A stretch of DNA of 64,000 bases from Crassostrea angulata (GCF_025612915.1 NC_069116.1:6154123-6218122), one strand, 5' to 3'. Shown: positions 37,330 to 50,890, counted from the first letter of the stretch. Program-made: numbers and translations. The notes: generated from the sequence alone by a model not told the origin.

Positions 37330-37850
37330 ATTTTTATAACTTCAATCCCTTTTCTTTTATAGAGTGGGTCTGAGCTCCATATTTTTGTCATAGTCTAAAT
37401 GCGGTTTGATGGAATTAAAACCGATTTCAATCAACAAAAATGTGGAGAGATGACCCACTATACTTTAAAAATATCATTTTTATCCCAACAATTGAACGTT
37501 TTAGAAAAATAACACAAGTCCGTAAATTCGTGGCAAACGTCTCATATAGCATTTAACCAACGCAATTTGTTGTGAATGAAATGGCTCAGTGATTAGAGCA
37601 CCAGACACTATGTAACTTTATAGAACTTGGGTTTTTAGGTTGTGGGTTCGATACCACCAAACCTTCAGGATTTATTTTTTTCTTATCGTTTTTTTTAAAT
37701 TTTCAAACTGAATAAAGTTATAAATAACCCTTTTGTAAACTTATATTATAACATATCAAATATATTTAATTGAAAAATGTTAAATTTGAAATTGTATTTT
37801 ACGACTAAACTAAATGGGCAGTTGCGCCATCTTACTCCCCCATCTTCTTT
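37330..37850 (+). mobile_element. tRNA-derived SINE-like repeat, copy 1, with A-box (tggctcagtgattagagc) and B-box (gggttcgatacc).
   Basis: Internal Pol III promoter boxes. About 80% similar to the second copy at 39370-39740. Confidence 0.55.
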
Positions 37851-38700
37851 TATACGTACTGATTGATTAAAATATTTTCTCATGAATCTAGATTTTTTAT
37901 TTTTTTAATTATGTACGTGCTAACATTTTTTGTTCAAACCTTGAATTTGTATTATGTCTTAGAAAATCTTTTCTCTCCCTTTTATATTCGAGAAAAACTA
38001 AGTGGATGATTAGAATTCTCATGAAGCACTCTACCAAAATCATAAAATTCATGGCTTCTGGATCAATTGTGGTGTCAATATGACTATAATACAGTGACCG
38101 TTGACTAATGTGTTTTATAAATAACATGGTGGGTTAAGATGACTGGCTGCTGACAGGCAGTGTCCATGCGCGAACAGATTAAGGGGGCGGGGGTCTGGGC
38201 TCCTGGAAAATTCAAATTTAAATTTATATCGTAAAACTACCCCAAAAATGCCTCGGACACTCGGCAAACTTAATTAGATATCCCTCGTTCCCCCTCCCTT
38301 AAAATTTTTTTATGGATCTGCGCATGGTACCTATAATTTTTACGACTAAAAAAATTGTTGCGGGCAGCTCCTTGAAAATACAATTTCCTATGATCGAGCA
38401 AACTAATTGAGTAAATCCGTCTTTTAAAAAAATCGCCCCCCCCCCCCGCTCCTCATAGAATTTAGTCTGCAAATAACGATAGATTTTGCTGATAGATTCA
38501 CATATGCAAACTATAATTTGCATTCGTTATCTATGGTTAAGAGTTGTTAATCATAGTTTCACGCTTTTCAGATAAACTATAATGTTTTGCAATCGCAAAT
38601 GGTTCTTAATTTCAGTGTTGATTTTTATCCTATAGATATGTTCAATATTTGGAATATGTTGACTTAAACAGGCGTATACGTATCAAAACCTGTTATTTTT

Positions 38701-39340
38701 GGGAGTTGATTTTAATCAACTATCCTATGCAGTTACTCAGACAAACCGAAAGTGAAACAGTGTTTGGACCTCAGCACAAATCATCGCTGCTGACAAGACT
38801 TAGTTCTTGAAAATAATTGATAAATTCGAAGTATTGTATGCTAAAGCATTGTTTTTCAAGGAAACTTATTTATAAATACCTTGAAAATGGTCAGATTTCA
38901 AATGGTACGAACAATTTAGATATTTTTTGTAGTCGTATGTATTCCTACTCCAGAGTTCAATATAGTCTCGTTCAACTCGACGCTCGGCTGTCTCCTTTAA
39001 TCTCCGACAAGCAGAGAGTCTCTCTTGCTTGTTGGAGATTTACAGTGTCAGCCGAGCGTTTGGTTGAACGAGACTAGAGTTCAATATTGCTTGGATCCAT
39101 ACAATTTTCGAGAAATATTTCTATTACTGATATATAGTTTGATTGAAATAATTTTATCTTTAAATATTATTTAACATGATTCATATGGGGGTTTCTCGAC
39201 ATTCTTGTCGAAAAAGTCCAAAAATTCATATTATAAAAATGTGCGTAATTCAAATACAAATTAGAAACTACATGTACTTGTCATGCAAAATAACATATAA
39301 TTGATTTTAAAATTAATAAACATCGACAAAATCAACTCCC
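38701..39340 (-). mobile_element. MITE-like element, copy 3 of 3 (reverse orientation), directly abutting SINE-like copy 2.
   Basis: Reverse complement of the 7007-7612 family, including the inverted termini gggagttgatttta... Confidence 0.8.
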
Positions 39341-39369
39341 GTCAGTTCTTCAGTACTTTGATTTATAAC

Positions 39370-39740
39370 TTGAAGGCATTTTCTTTGATAGAGTGGGTCT
39401 GTGCTCCATATTTTTCTCATAGTCTGAATAAGGTCTATTGGAAAACAACCGATTTCAATCAACAAAAACGTGGAGAGATGACCCACTATACATTAAAATA
39501 TAATTTTGTATCCAAACAATTGAACGTTTTGAAAATAATACAAGTCCATATATTTGTGGTCAAAGTCACATGTAATATTTAACAGCCTACTTTGATGTGT
39601 CTGAAATGGCTCAGTGGTTAGAGTACCTGACAAATGCTAACATTATATATCTAGGGTTTTTTGGTGAAAAAATAAATTCAAAATTGTATTTCACTACTAA
39701 ACCGAATGGGCATTTGCGCCATCTTATTCCCCCATCTTCT
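39370..39740 (+). mobile_element. tRNA-derived SINE-like repeat, copy 2 (A-box retained, B-box degraded).
   Basis: Alignable to 37330-37850. Confidence 0.5.
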
Positions 39741-40221
39741 TTGAAAGCTATTCAGTAGGCCTATATGAGTGGGAGCAAGTTGACTGAGGGGTTGAATTGG
39801 CTGGGGACGAGTTGCCTTATACCCATCTGAATCAACATTTTGGTGGTCATAGTTTCGCAATATTTCAGTTAAATGTGCTAAAAGTTCCATTAATAATGTG
39901 CTTTAGATGAAAATTAATTTCGATTTAATGTAAGTATTTAAACACGAGGTTCTTCACAACAATATTTGAGAGGCTGTTCGAAACTATTTTCAACAATTAA
40001 TATTACGTGAAGCGGAGAAATTCCTGATTTCTGTATGTGTTTTTATTTTTATATTTTTGATCGATTTCTAGATGTACAACTCCTCCATAACAAGTATTGC
40101 TTATATATGCTCTCTTTTTTATTACATTACCCCGAGTACATTTGCATGTTAATGCGTTTAGGCCTACAGTATACAACAGTCTTTTGCGCAAGTTACCAAC
40201 TGGGCTTTAATCCGAGGTTCC

Positions 40222-40292
40222 TCTGACTCTAACCCCCGCTTTTATATTGTGACGTCCGGAGTCTTAGTCACAATATAAAAGCGGAGGTTAGA
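40222..40292. repeat. Long inverted repeat (27-bp arms): ctctaacccccgcttttatattgtgac ... gtcacaatataaaagcggaggttagag.
   Basis: Seen in sequence. Confidence 0.9.
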
Positions 40293-41651
40293 GTAAAAGG
40301 AATCTAGGATAACCTGGGCCTGAAAGTACCAAATCACGGCACCTGTCTGCTTATTTTGTTGCAAGTTGACATGTATCTGTCAAGTCGACTTAGGCCTAAA
40401 TAGTCTGACAAGTCAAAACTTAATGTCGCGTGTTAACTCAAAAAAAAATTTATCATGCGTATATGAAAAGCAACTTAATCTTTTCTCTTTAAAATGGGTT
40501 CAACTACTTGTCATCGTAATATTTGACAAGTTGACATAAAAATATATCCATTATATACGACATTATACATTTATTGCATGATGGTGAGGGAACTATGAAG
40601 ATTAATTCCCCCAAGAAAAATCATATTTTCGAGGGCTCTATGATTTTTCTGAGGGGAATAAATCTTCATATTTCCCAAATACTCATACAATAAAAGATTT
40701 ATTATACCAAACAACAAATGATGATACAACATACGTCGATTTTTAATAATTTGTCGACTTGTTTTTGTTTTTGTTTTTGTTTTAAATTGTCTATCTTTGT
40801 TTTCATACATTCGAATCAAATATGACAATGACAATGAGTAAAATTGATTTTTGTAGCGTAAAGAGAATTTAGATGATTAAATATTTTTGATTTCATCATA
40901 TTTGTCAACATCGTATGCTCATTTTGGCTTTTTCATACCTTTTGGATGAAAAAACCCAAGATTTCCGAAGAGGTGAGACATGATATTTATTCCCCGGGAC
41001 ACACAATGTTTTGTCACCCGGTCATGTGATTGTCTAGAACCAATCAGATGTCGCGTTATGTAGAATTATTATATTGAGTTATAATAATAATTTTTGTTAT
41101 TTTTCGTTCTTTTACAATATCGACACGTAAACGCGGAAAATGATATCGTATATGACTAGGCGTATCAACAAAATAAATATAATTGTAATGACAATTTACC
41201 TTTGGGAATCATTTTAAAATACAGAATATTTAAAAGTAATAATGTGCGAAAATAATCCGTTTATCTATGCTGCAGTAATCTCTGATTTTCTTTGTCTAAA
41301 ATCTGTCATTGAAAGCGTATTTAATACCCACATGTATTGTTTGACTCCAAAAAACACTTCACCTCCAGCGTAAATAACCACTTTTATGGTATTTGAATAG
41401 AAGGCGATATAGATTTGCAAAATCCTTTTGATGCTTGATGATAAGCCACAAGTTGACAAAGTTCCATGCGGTGATTTCTAAAGGTGTGGGTGGTTTCAGG
41501 AACCCCCTTACACCCCTTTATTTCAAAATTACTAAATCCATGATACAATTAGGTCTCTACTTAACTATATATGTCTATATTTTAAAATTTTGAAAAGAAA
41601 TTAAATTGAAATGTAAGTTTCTTCATTTGTAGGAAGTGGAGTTTGTCAGAG

Positions 41652-42665
41652 ATGAAGAAATTGAACAGGTATCTCATCACACTGGGTGTTCTGACCATTA
41701 TCCTAATGGTGTCTCTCTTTACTTACAATACTAAGATCTTAAAACATTCTCAGAGAGAGGACTTTGTATTCCAGCCTGCAAAGTTTTCAGACCTGCTTAG
41801 AGATGGACGAAATGATACCAATCATGTACTTACTGCTGCTATGAGAATCTCCAAAGGGGGCCAGAAAGCACTGCTGGTAACCTTAGTCAATGATGCCTTT
41901 CTGCCATTCACCTTCAGCTGGCTATGTAACACCCAGGGTATGGGTATTCACAATCAGGTCTTGTTTATAACAGGTGACAGTGAAAGTGCCATGAAAATCA
42001 ACCAGAAATGGCCAGAGGTAACAGCCATACAGATAGATGGAGTCCACTCAGGGAACCAGGAATATAGTCATGTTGGATATGTGGAATTGATGGTGAGGAG
42101 GTCAGAGATCCTTCTGGAGATATTAGAGAAGAACATACCAATTTTCCTGTTTGAAGTGGACTGTATTTGGATCACAAACCCACTTAATAACATTCAAAGC
42201 TACTCAAATGTTGATGTTGTAGTAAATGCCGTGTCAAGCCGAAGCAATGTAATTGCTGGAGGATTTCTTTACCTACACCCCACTGATGCCTCAAAGAAAA
42301 TGTGGAGAGCTTTAACAAAGCAGCTGGTACAACTTGGTATGAAGATTAAAAATTCAGCTGACGAAAAGTTAGTCAGTGAGGGTGACAATGATCAGCAATA
42401 CCTATCAAAACTTGTGTTTTCTAAGTATGGAGGACTGAGGTACAAAATCTTATCAACTGAAGACTATGCAGATGGAAAATGGTATTCATTCTCTAAAGAA
42501 GAAAGAAATAGATGGAAAATACCCTTAATTTTAAACAACAATTGGATAAGCGGAAATCTGGCAAAGATCAAGCGAGCAAAGGCATGGGGCCATTGGTTCC
42601 TGACAGAGAGTGGACACTGTGACCCCAAGAACATTGAAAGGATTGTAGATCAGCACCTTTTGTGA
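41652..42665 (+). CDS. Type II membrane glycosyltransferase, nucleotide-diphospho-sugar transferase (Nucleotid_trans, GT77-like) family. 337 aa, single coding exon. The exon begins at about 41633 after acceptor tttgtag.
   Basis: Track ORF 41643..42665 (ATG at 41652). N-terminal signal anchor MKKLNRY-LITLGVLTIILMVSLF. LVTLVNDAFLPFTFSWLCN and FEVDCIWITNP (DxD-like) resemble the PF03407 signature. AATAAA at 42689-42694, 24 nt after the stop. Confidence 0.75.
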   Translation: MKKLNRYLITLGVLTIILMVSLFTYNTKILKHSQREDFVFQPAKFSDLLRDGRNDTNHVLTAAMRISKGGQKALLVTLVNDAFLPFTFSWLCNTQGMGIHNQVLFITGDSESAMKINQKWPEVTAIQIDGVHSGNQEYSHVGYVELMVRRSEILLEILEKNIPIFLFEVDCIWITNPLNNIQSYSNVDVVVNAVSSRSNVIAGGFLYLHPTDASKKMWRALTKQLVQLGMKIKNSADEKLVSEGDNDQQYLSKLVFSKYGGLRYKILSTEDYADGKWYSFSKEERNRWKIPLILNNNWISGNLAKIKRAKAWGHWFLTESGHCDPKNIERIVDQHLL

Positions 42666-42744
42666 GGTTCTCTTAGAGTCAACATGACAATAAAGTGTTG
42701 TTTTTAGTTTTCAACATCAATTATACAGCTAAATACATGTATAA

Positions 42745-42913
42745 CAAGAGGCACATGGGCCACATCACTCACCTGAACAGTTCCTTGTACCATTCTATTT
42801 TGTAGCATATGCTATTTTACGCTCACCTGAGCTGAAAGCTCAAGTGAGCTATTCTGATCACATTTTGTCTGTCGTCCGTCTGTCTGTAAACTTTTCACAT
42901 TTTCAACATCTTC

Positions 42914-42962
<49 letters not shown>

Positions 42963-44420
42963 AGCCTAAGGGGATTTAAAGTTGTGAAAATTAAGGACCA
43001 CGCCCTTTTGCAAAGGGAGATAATTAGGAATTTATGAAAATTTTTGAGAAATTTTCAAAAATCTTCTTCTCATGAACCATAAGACCAGGAAAGCTGAAAC
43101 TTGTGTGGAAGCATCCTCATGTAGTGTAAATACAAAATTGTGAAAATCATGACCCCGGGGGTAGGTTGGGGCCACAATAGGGGGTCGAAGTTTAACATAT
43201 GAATATATAGAGTAAATCTTTAAATATCTTCTCAGAAACTAATCGGCCAAGAAAGCTGACACTTGTGTAGAAGCATCCTCAGGTAGTGTAGATTCAAAGT
43301 TGTGCAAATCATGACCCCCGGGGGTAGGTTGGGGCCACAATAGGGGGTCGAAGTTTAAAATATGATTATATAGAGTAAATATTTAAAAATCTTCTTCTCA
43401 GAAACTAATCAGCCAGGAAAGCTGAAACTTGTGTGAATGCATCCTCAGATAGTGTAGATTCAAAGTTGTGAAAATCATGATCCCTGGGGGTAGGGTAGGG
43501 CCACAATGGGGGGTCGAAATTTTACATAGGAATATATAGAGTAAATCTTTAAAAATCTTCTTCTCAGTAGCTAATCAGCCTGGGAAGCTGAAATTTGTGT
43601 TGAAGCATCCTCATGTAGTGTAAATACAAAATTGTGAAAATAATGACCCCCGGGGTAGGGTAGGGCCACAATGGGGGGTCAAGTTTTACATAGGAATATA
43701 CAGAGTAAATCTTTAAAAATCTTCTTCTCAGAAACTAATCAGGCAGGGAAGCTGAAACTTGTGTGGAAGCATCCTCAGTTAGTGTAGATTCAAAGTTGTG
43801 AAAATCATGACCCCCGGGTGTAGGGTGGGGCCACAATGGGGGATCGAAGTTTTACATAGGAATATTTAGAGTAAATCTTTAAAAATCTTCTCATGAACCA
43901 TAAGACCAGGAAAACTGAAACTTGTGTGGAAGCATCCTCAGTTAGTGTAGATTCAAAGTTGTGAAAATCATGACACCTGGGGGTAGGGTGGGGCCACAAT
44001 GGGGGGTCGAAGTTTAACATATGAATATAAAGAGTAAATCTTTAAAAATCTTCTTCTCAGAAACTAATCGGCCAGAAAAGCTGACATTTGTGTGGAAGCA
44101 TCCTCAGGTAGTGTAGATTCATAGTTGTGAAAATCATGACCCCCGGGGGTAGAGTAGGGCCACAATGGGGGGTCAAAGTTTAACATATGAATATAAAGAG
44201 TAAATCTTTAAAAATCTTCTTCTCAGTAACTAATCAGCCAGGAAAGCTGAAACTTGAGTGAAATCATCCTCAGGTAGTGTAGATACAAAGTATGTATTAT
44301 GTATTATTATACCCCCGCAAACGAAGTTTAGGGGGGTATATTGGTTTCACCCTGTCCGTCTGTCCGTCTGTCTGTCTGTCCGTCTGTCTGTAGACGCAAC
44401 TTTGTCCCCCCTATAGAATT
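42745..44420 (-). mobile_element. Composite non-autonomous element A. It has a terminus caagaggcacatgggccacatcactcacctga, an arm gctcacctgagc...tgatcacattttgtctgtcgtccgtctg of about 200 bp, then about 7 tandem 180-bp units (43020-44290) and a (gtcc/gtct)n tail.
   Basis: Arms homologous to elements at 45700-47700 and 54795-56400. The internal satellite unit is shared with 54795-56400 (inverted orientation). Confidence 0.7.
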
Positions 44421-45699
44421 TTTTATTACTGCATGGAACAGTTTGAAAATTTGTACATATGTTGAACACCATCTGAAGATGTGCACCTGCAATTTTTTTT
44501 AAGATCAGACAAGATTTAATGATTTTATGACAGTTTTCATTTTCCTTATTCTATATATTGTACACTAATGTTGAAAAGTAAGGGAGGTAATCCTTACAGA
44601 TTTTATTAATTAATTAATAGAAAACACTCTAAAATATAATTATATAAATACATCCAGATGGAGTTTTTTGTCTTTATGTCTTAATTAATAAAAAAAAAAT
44701 TATTTTTTATAAGTATTCTATCAACTGACAATGCAAAGTTTTTGTTTGTCAATGATAAATTCTTAGGAGCTAATGAGAACATCAAAGACAAGTGTGGCTG
44801 AATTCATTTGTCCCAAGGGAGCCATTATCTGAGCCATGGTTCAGATGGAGCATGTGTTTAGGGGAAATTGATAATCTGTAAAATGGGTGATGGTTTTGGG
44901 GCTATTTTAAAACTGTTTCATAAATAATATAATTATTAATAAAGAAGTTAAACTATTTTTAGAGGTTGTTTAAATTTATTTGTCAAGTAATTTGATGAAG
45001 TGACCCTATTGGGCATTAATTTAAATGAAATTCAAAATTACTGATATGATTGAAGTGTTTTGGCAATTTTAAAATTGTTTGTAATATTAAATTTTTTTTT
45101 ACATATTTTTACATAGTATGGTAATTATGGTAATGTTTTGGGAGTTTATTAAATTTAACAAGCCCATCAAAGAAAATCATAGTCCTATGGGATCAATTTT
45201 CTGATTTGGAGTTCAATTGTGCCATAGGAGAAAGTGAGGAAAATTTGAAACAACTAATTGCATCTCTCAAGACTCTTATTAGAAAGATATTGAAAGTTTT
45301 ATCAACAGAAGAGCATTGCTTGGCTACCGGTATTTCTATTCACTGCAAAGGGAGGGGTTATTGTCATTTTGTTGGTTTTTCTTTAAATCAATTAAATTAA
45401 AAAAATATATCATCAAATACATACATTTGTAAATGTATTACTGTTATAGATATGTATTTACAGTGAAATTCTGACAATTTTGATTTTAATTTTTCTTTGT
45501 TAATTTTTTTTTTTTTTTTTTACATTTCTATAATTTTTTTTTTGTATGTGTTCCAAACCTTAATTATTATTCAATTCAATTATTTGTCCCATTTGAAATT
45601 AGCCTAGCGGGGGTATTAGTCCCATTAGGACAGTTCTAGTTGTCCATTGTCCAGATAGTTTGCATTATGACTCCATTAAGCTGATTTTATCATACCTAT

Positions 45700-45701
45700 T
45701 G

Positions 45702-45740
<39 letters not shown>

Positions 45741-47700
45741 TTTTAAACTTTGAACCCTTTCTGGGGCCCCAGTATTGGTCCTAGGTTTATGGTTGACTTT
45801 AACAATTTAGAATTTACACTATTTGAGGATCCTTGCACAGTAATCTCACAAACTGTAGCATTATAGTTCTTGGGAAAAACTGGTTAAAAACATTTTCCAT
45901 ATATATTTCTATGTTAAAATTTGAACTCCTTTTGGGGCCCCAGTATTAGTCCAGTGGTCACAGCTTTATTAATTTAGAATCTACATTATCCAAGGTTGTA
46001 TGCATAATAATCTCACGAATTGTAGCGTTGTATTGTCGAGAAAAGATTTTTAAAAATGTTACCTATATATTTCTAAATTAAACTTTGACCCCTCTTGGGA
46101 CCCCAGTATTAGTCTGGGGATCACGATTAAACCAATTAAGGGGCCCCAGTTTGGGTCCGAGAGTCACAATTTTTACAATTTAGAGTCTTCACTATATATA
46201 CAAGCTTTTGTTTAAATATTGGCATTTCTGGTGCAGTGGTTCTTAAGAAGAAGATTTTAAAACATTTTTCCTATGAACTTCAGTGTTAAACTTTGAACCA
46301 CACCTGGGGCCCCCGTTTTGGTCTGAGGGTGACGATTTTTTTACAATTTAGAATCTTCCCTATACATATCAATGGCTGGAACGGCCACAAAGGTGTCGAG
46401 CTTACATTTTCTTTGATATAAATTTTTACAATTTAACATCACCATGTGATTGTATACTCAGTATATTTCCTACATAGTGATGCATTTGTAATACAATGAA
46501 TCATAACACATCATGGTTACAAAAATTGAAGTCAAAGTTCAAAAATAAATTATCTTCTTTCTGCTTTAAACAGTCTTTGAAAAAAATTTCACGGTTCATC
46601 ATTTGTATACAAGGGTAACACATTAATAGTGTTTCCCTAATTATAATAAAATATACATGTAAATTTTCAATTAAGAATCTACATAAGCCAGGTATGCATG
46701 CATAGTAATTCAGCAAACTGTAACACTGTAGTTCTCAAGAAGAACATTTTAAAAAATTTATATTTTTTTAAAATCTGAAATTTTGAACCCCTCTTGGTGC
46801 CCCAGTATTAATATAGTCCGGGAGTCACGATTTTTACCAATTAGAATCTACATTATTTAGGGATGTAATATCCCAAACTGTTGCATTAAAGTTATTGAGA
46901 AGACTTTCCTATATATGCTAAATTTCAATTCCCGTGTGAAACATGATTACACTTTGGTATGGCTGTTTACAAATAAAACGTGCGTTGATCTGCCGTATCT
47001 ATAATGCTCAACCTACCAACTAGCTGCAATATTGCAACAAAATCACAAGATACATTTATCGCTTACATTCATTTTGGAGACCGTGCCTGACAACAAATAA
47101 ATTTACATATTTATTTTTATCGGGCTACTGTCTCGATAAACTTTAATAATATTTAGTGAATTTTTAAAACCTTATCGTATTCATCCGTCATTTCATGATT
47201 AAACAAACTTATATACTTTAGCAATGAGTTGTCAATAATCAGGGAGACACAGTTGGGTTTCTTGGTGCACAATTTAGTTGAATAAATGGAACAAAAATCT
47301 TGTAAACAATTTTCTATGTATTTCTATGTTAAACTTTGAACCTCGTCTGGGGCCCCAGTTTTGGTCCGAGGGTGGCAATTTTTACATTTTAGAATCTTCA
47401 CTTTATACACAAGCTTTTTTGTAAATATTGGCATTTCTGGTGCAGTGGTTCTTGAGAAGAAGATTTTTAAAGTCACAAACCCTATACTCACTGTTTTGCA
47501 ATTATCTCCCTTTTAAAAAGGGCTGTGCCCTTTATTTTAACAATTTATAATCCCCTTTTCATAAGGATGCTTTGTACCAATTTTGGTTAGATTTGGCCCT
47601 GTGGTTTTAGAGAAGTCGAAAATGTGAAAAGTTTATAGACGGACGACGGATGATCAGAAAAGCCCACTTGAACCTTTGGTTCAGGTGACTTAAAAAGTCT
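45700..47700 (+). mobile_element. Composite non-autonomous element C. Left terminus ctcaggtgagcgatgtggcccatgggcctcttgtt. About 10 tandem units of 150-190 bp (core ttgaacccctcttggggccccagtattagtc...agaatctacactat). Right arm ...gacggacgacggatgatcagaaaagcccacttgaacctttggttcaggtga.
   Basis: Same terminal sequences and right arm as elements A and B, but a different internal satellite family. Confidence 0.7.
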
Positions 47701-49198
47701 GTAAAATATTTTTTTTCTTCTGTATGCTGTACAATGTAAAAAATTATCATCTGATATTAAAACTTATTTACATTATGAGACTGTTCACGAGTGTTTAATC
47801 AAGTACGAGTGTTTTAGTAAACAGTTTGATCTACTCAGAAGATGGAAACAAGCAAAGTTCAATATTTTCTGTTACCACGTCTTTAAAAGGGATAGTGTTT
47901 AGAGTATACTTGTAAACATTTACCCCAAATTTTAATATTTGTTTACATTGTCCCTATAGTAAATAACAGATTTTTCCAAAGATTCCACTTCAGGTATACC
48001 TCACTACATCAGTACTTATACTTTTCAAGCCACTACATCACAAGATGACGGTTTAAATGTTTTGTTAAATTGTATCAATTCATTTGGTTGAATATTTTCC
48101 TATCTCAGTGGTTATAGTATCAGGCTTGTGAACTGTCTTGGCTATTGATCATATTTACTAAATAAAATTTGATGCAGCATCCCTACAGATGGGAACCAAA
48201 AAACCAAGAAGGGAGTGATGAGTTTGCAGTGATTTATTTTGTACAAATAACAATAACAATGACATGTTACGTACAATTTGTGTCAAGCGAGGGGAGAGAT
48301 GTTAGTTGAATGCTAATGAACACTAACATCTTGCAAACATCGTTTTAACAAGTTGAACAATAGGGAGGGTAACCCTTCTCTCACCCAGGAGTAATCTCCT
48401 ATTCTGATGTTTCACAACAAAAGTTTTAACAGAAAAGTAAGGTCAACATGATAAAGCTATTAATAAGCAAACAAGTTTTGGTGGGAGGTAATACTAGTAA
48501 GGTAGAGAGGGATGATAACAAATATCTTGTGTGCCACAAATTCATTTACAGCTAGCATACCAAGAAAAGTTGAGGCATTGTTTCACAAAGGAGTTCCAGT
48601 AAAACTTAACAACTTTACAGATGAAACACTTGGTGTCTCTTTTCAAAATTCATTGCAAAATTTCTTGACTACTTTTTTACGTACACAATTCACAGACATT
48701 GTACACATTACAACATTTTATAAAAGAGAAGTTTTTACAAATTGTTTTTCTTATATTTGAATAAAAAGTGTTAATTCATAAAACAGATGAGGAAAATAAA
48801 ATTTAAAAAATACAGGAATAAAACTTCCGAACAAGTTTTCTCTGTTACAAATACCATTAACCCTCTTGATATGGCACTATCATGATGTGATTATCTTGGA
48901 CCTTCCTTTAAAATATTGACTGCCCGGAGGCAAACATGATGTACAGGCCTGTCAGATCTGAATATCAGATTTGTTTGAAACCATTACATAAATTTCTATT
49001 TCTACCATTGATTGATCTTTGATCAGGTGCTGATAAGAAATAAATAAAATAAGTTATTAGTATACATTTTGTCACACATGCACTTCTTGCATTCTATGTA
49101 TTCTTATGGTATTCCTGTGTTTCATAAGGCTCGCTGGTCGGTGATTCAGGCCTGGCTAGGAACTACAGTACAAGGTTCTTCAACTGCTTCTGTTTCCG

Positions 49199-49300
49199 TT
49201 ATTTTTTCTTTCTTTCCTCTGTACACCGTGGGCAAAACCATTTTCCTTTGGGTTTCATTGTCAAGCCCACACAAGCAAAATGGAACCATTCAATGGGGCA
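49199..49300 (-). CDS. ING5: ING4/5-like terminal exon, second half of the PHD finger, [33 protein letters not shown] plus stop (49199-49201).
   Basis: Found by searching the minus strand for EWFHF. Acceptor tttttttttag, phase 0, matches the previous exon. Near-identical to ING5 [26 protein letters not shown]. Placed by hand. Confidence 0.85.
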   Translation of the reverse strand, partial: CPIEWFHFACVGLTMKPKGKWFCPRCTEERKKK

Positions 49301-49559
49301 CTAAAAAAAAATTAATTCAATGCAATCAACAGGAACCTTGCCCTAAGTATTCAACATTCTACACAAAAGTTGCATTTAAAAAGTACAGTCAAGCACGATT
49401 AGTAGGTATAATATAGCAGTAACATAACCAATAAAATGTATTTCGAAACATAGGTAATCACAGATTACAAAGCTCACCGAGATGAGGCATCACCTTCACG
49501 AGGCATCACCTGTACGAGACCACTTTAATCATTTCATATGAAAATCACACTTAATGATC

Positions 49560-50300
49560 TTAGATATTCATGGATACTTTTTTGACACAATATCGTATAT
49601 CATCTGTTAAAAAATTGTATGATAATCATATGTTCATTTCATATGGTATTACAAGATACAATGTTTATCATTACAATTATATAAAATACAATATTGCATC
49701 CTATCGTACTTACAATATACATCATATAATACAATAAAATACTGTAATAAACAATAATATGATCTATATGATACTGTACCAAATTATGACATTGTATTGT
49801 GTTATAAATGATAGTATTTTATCACATAAAACAATATATCACATAATACATCATAATATTGTAACTTGATACATAACATTATATTGTATCATATGATTCA
49901 ATATAAATTGATTCAATATTGAATGATACAATATTATGTGGTGTAGTAAAATACTATATAATACAATATTATATTATACATTGTATCATATGACATAATA
50001 ATATATATTACAATATCATATAATACAATTTCATGTGATGTAATCATATATAATATCATATGTAACAGTATCGTGTGATCATATAATAAATAGATAATAT
50101 GATATAACACAATATTGTATAATATACAATACTTTACATAACAATATCATGATACAATATCATATCATAAAATATCAAAAAAATTGATACAATATCACAT
50201 CGTATAATATAACTTTTTACAGTATAACGTGATATTATATTGTATCATTTAAAACAATAGTGTATCATATTATACAATACTTTATCATAGGAATCATGTT
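49560..50300. repeat. About 700 bp AT-rich cryptic low-complexity region built from permutations of atacaatat / atattgtat / atcatat words.
   Basis: Seen in sequence. No exact tandem period. Confidence 0.8.
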
Positions 50301-50339
50301 ACATCATTTAACAACAAACACATCAATCTACCAAGCAGG

Positions 50340-50890
50340 TTTGAGTGAGGTAGGAGATTTATTTAGCATCCTTGATAATGGAGATCAGGCTCTGCATCTG
50401 AAGATACCTCTGTGTTTCATTTATAATATAGTTAAATCAACTATGCAAGCTATTATCTATAAAACATGTGACCTGTTCCAAAAAACTAAACCTCATCCAG
50501 CATCTGAAATCTATGGCTCAGATTCAGCATTCAAGCCTGTCAGGTGCATCAGTATCATATAAAAGATGCATCATCCATGCAAGTTTGGTGAAGTTAGGAC
50601 CAGTTATAACTAAGATATCATCAGAGGGTACCTTATCAAAAACTTTAACCAGCTATTAAAACCTTAACCTCCTCCAGCATCCAAAACCTATAGCTCAGAT
50701 TCAGCATCCATCCCTGCCAGGTGCATCAGTACAATAAGACACACCATCCATTCAAGTTTGGTGAAGTTAGGACCAGTAATAACTAAGATATATTTTTTAA
50801 CATCCCTGATAATGGAGATCAAGCTCTGCATCTGAAGTTACCTCTGCGATTCATTCATATTATAGTTTAATCAACTATGCAATTTTGAAA
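50340..50890. repeat. Satellite cluster 1: about 2.3 units of a roughly 187-bp satellite (50440-50790), flanked by 95-bp direct repeats (50340-50440 and 50795-50890).
   Basis: Units alignable to cluster 2 at 52490-53170. Lies in ING intron 6. Confidence 0.75.

Noticed and set aside
40003-40834. Short ORFs at 40003-40834 on both strands.
   Set aside because: No homology, AT-rich low complexity, and they overlap a 27-bp-arm hairpin. Likely non-coding.
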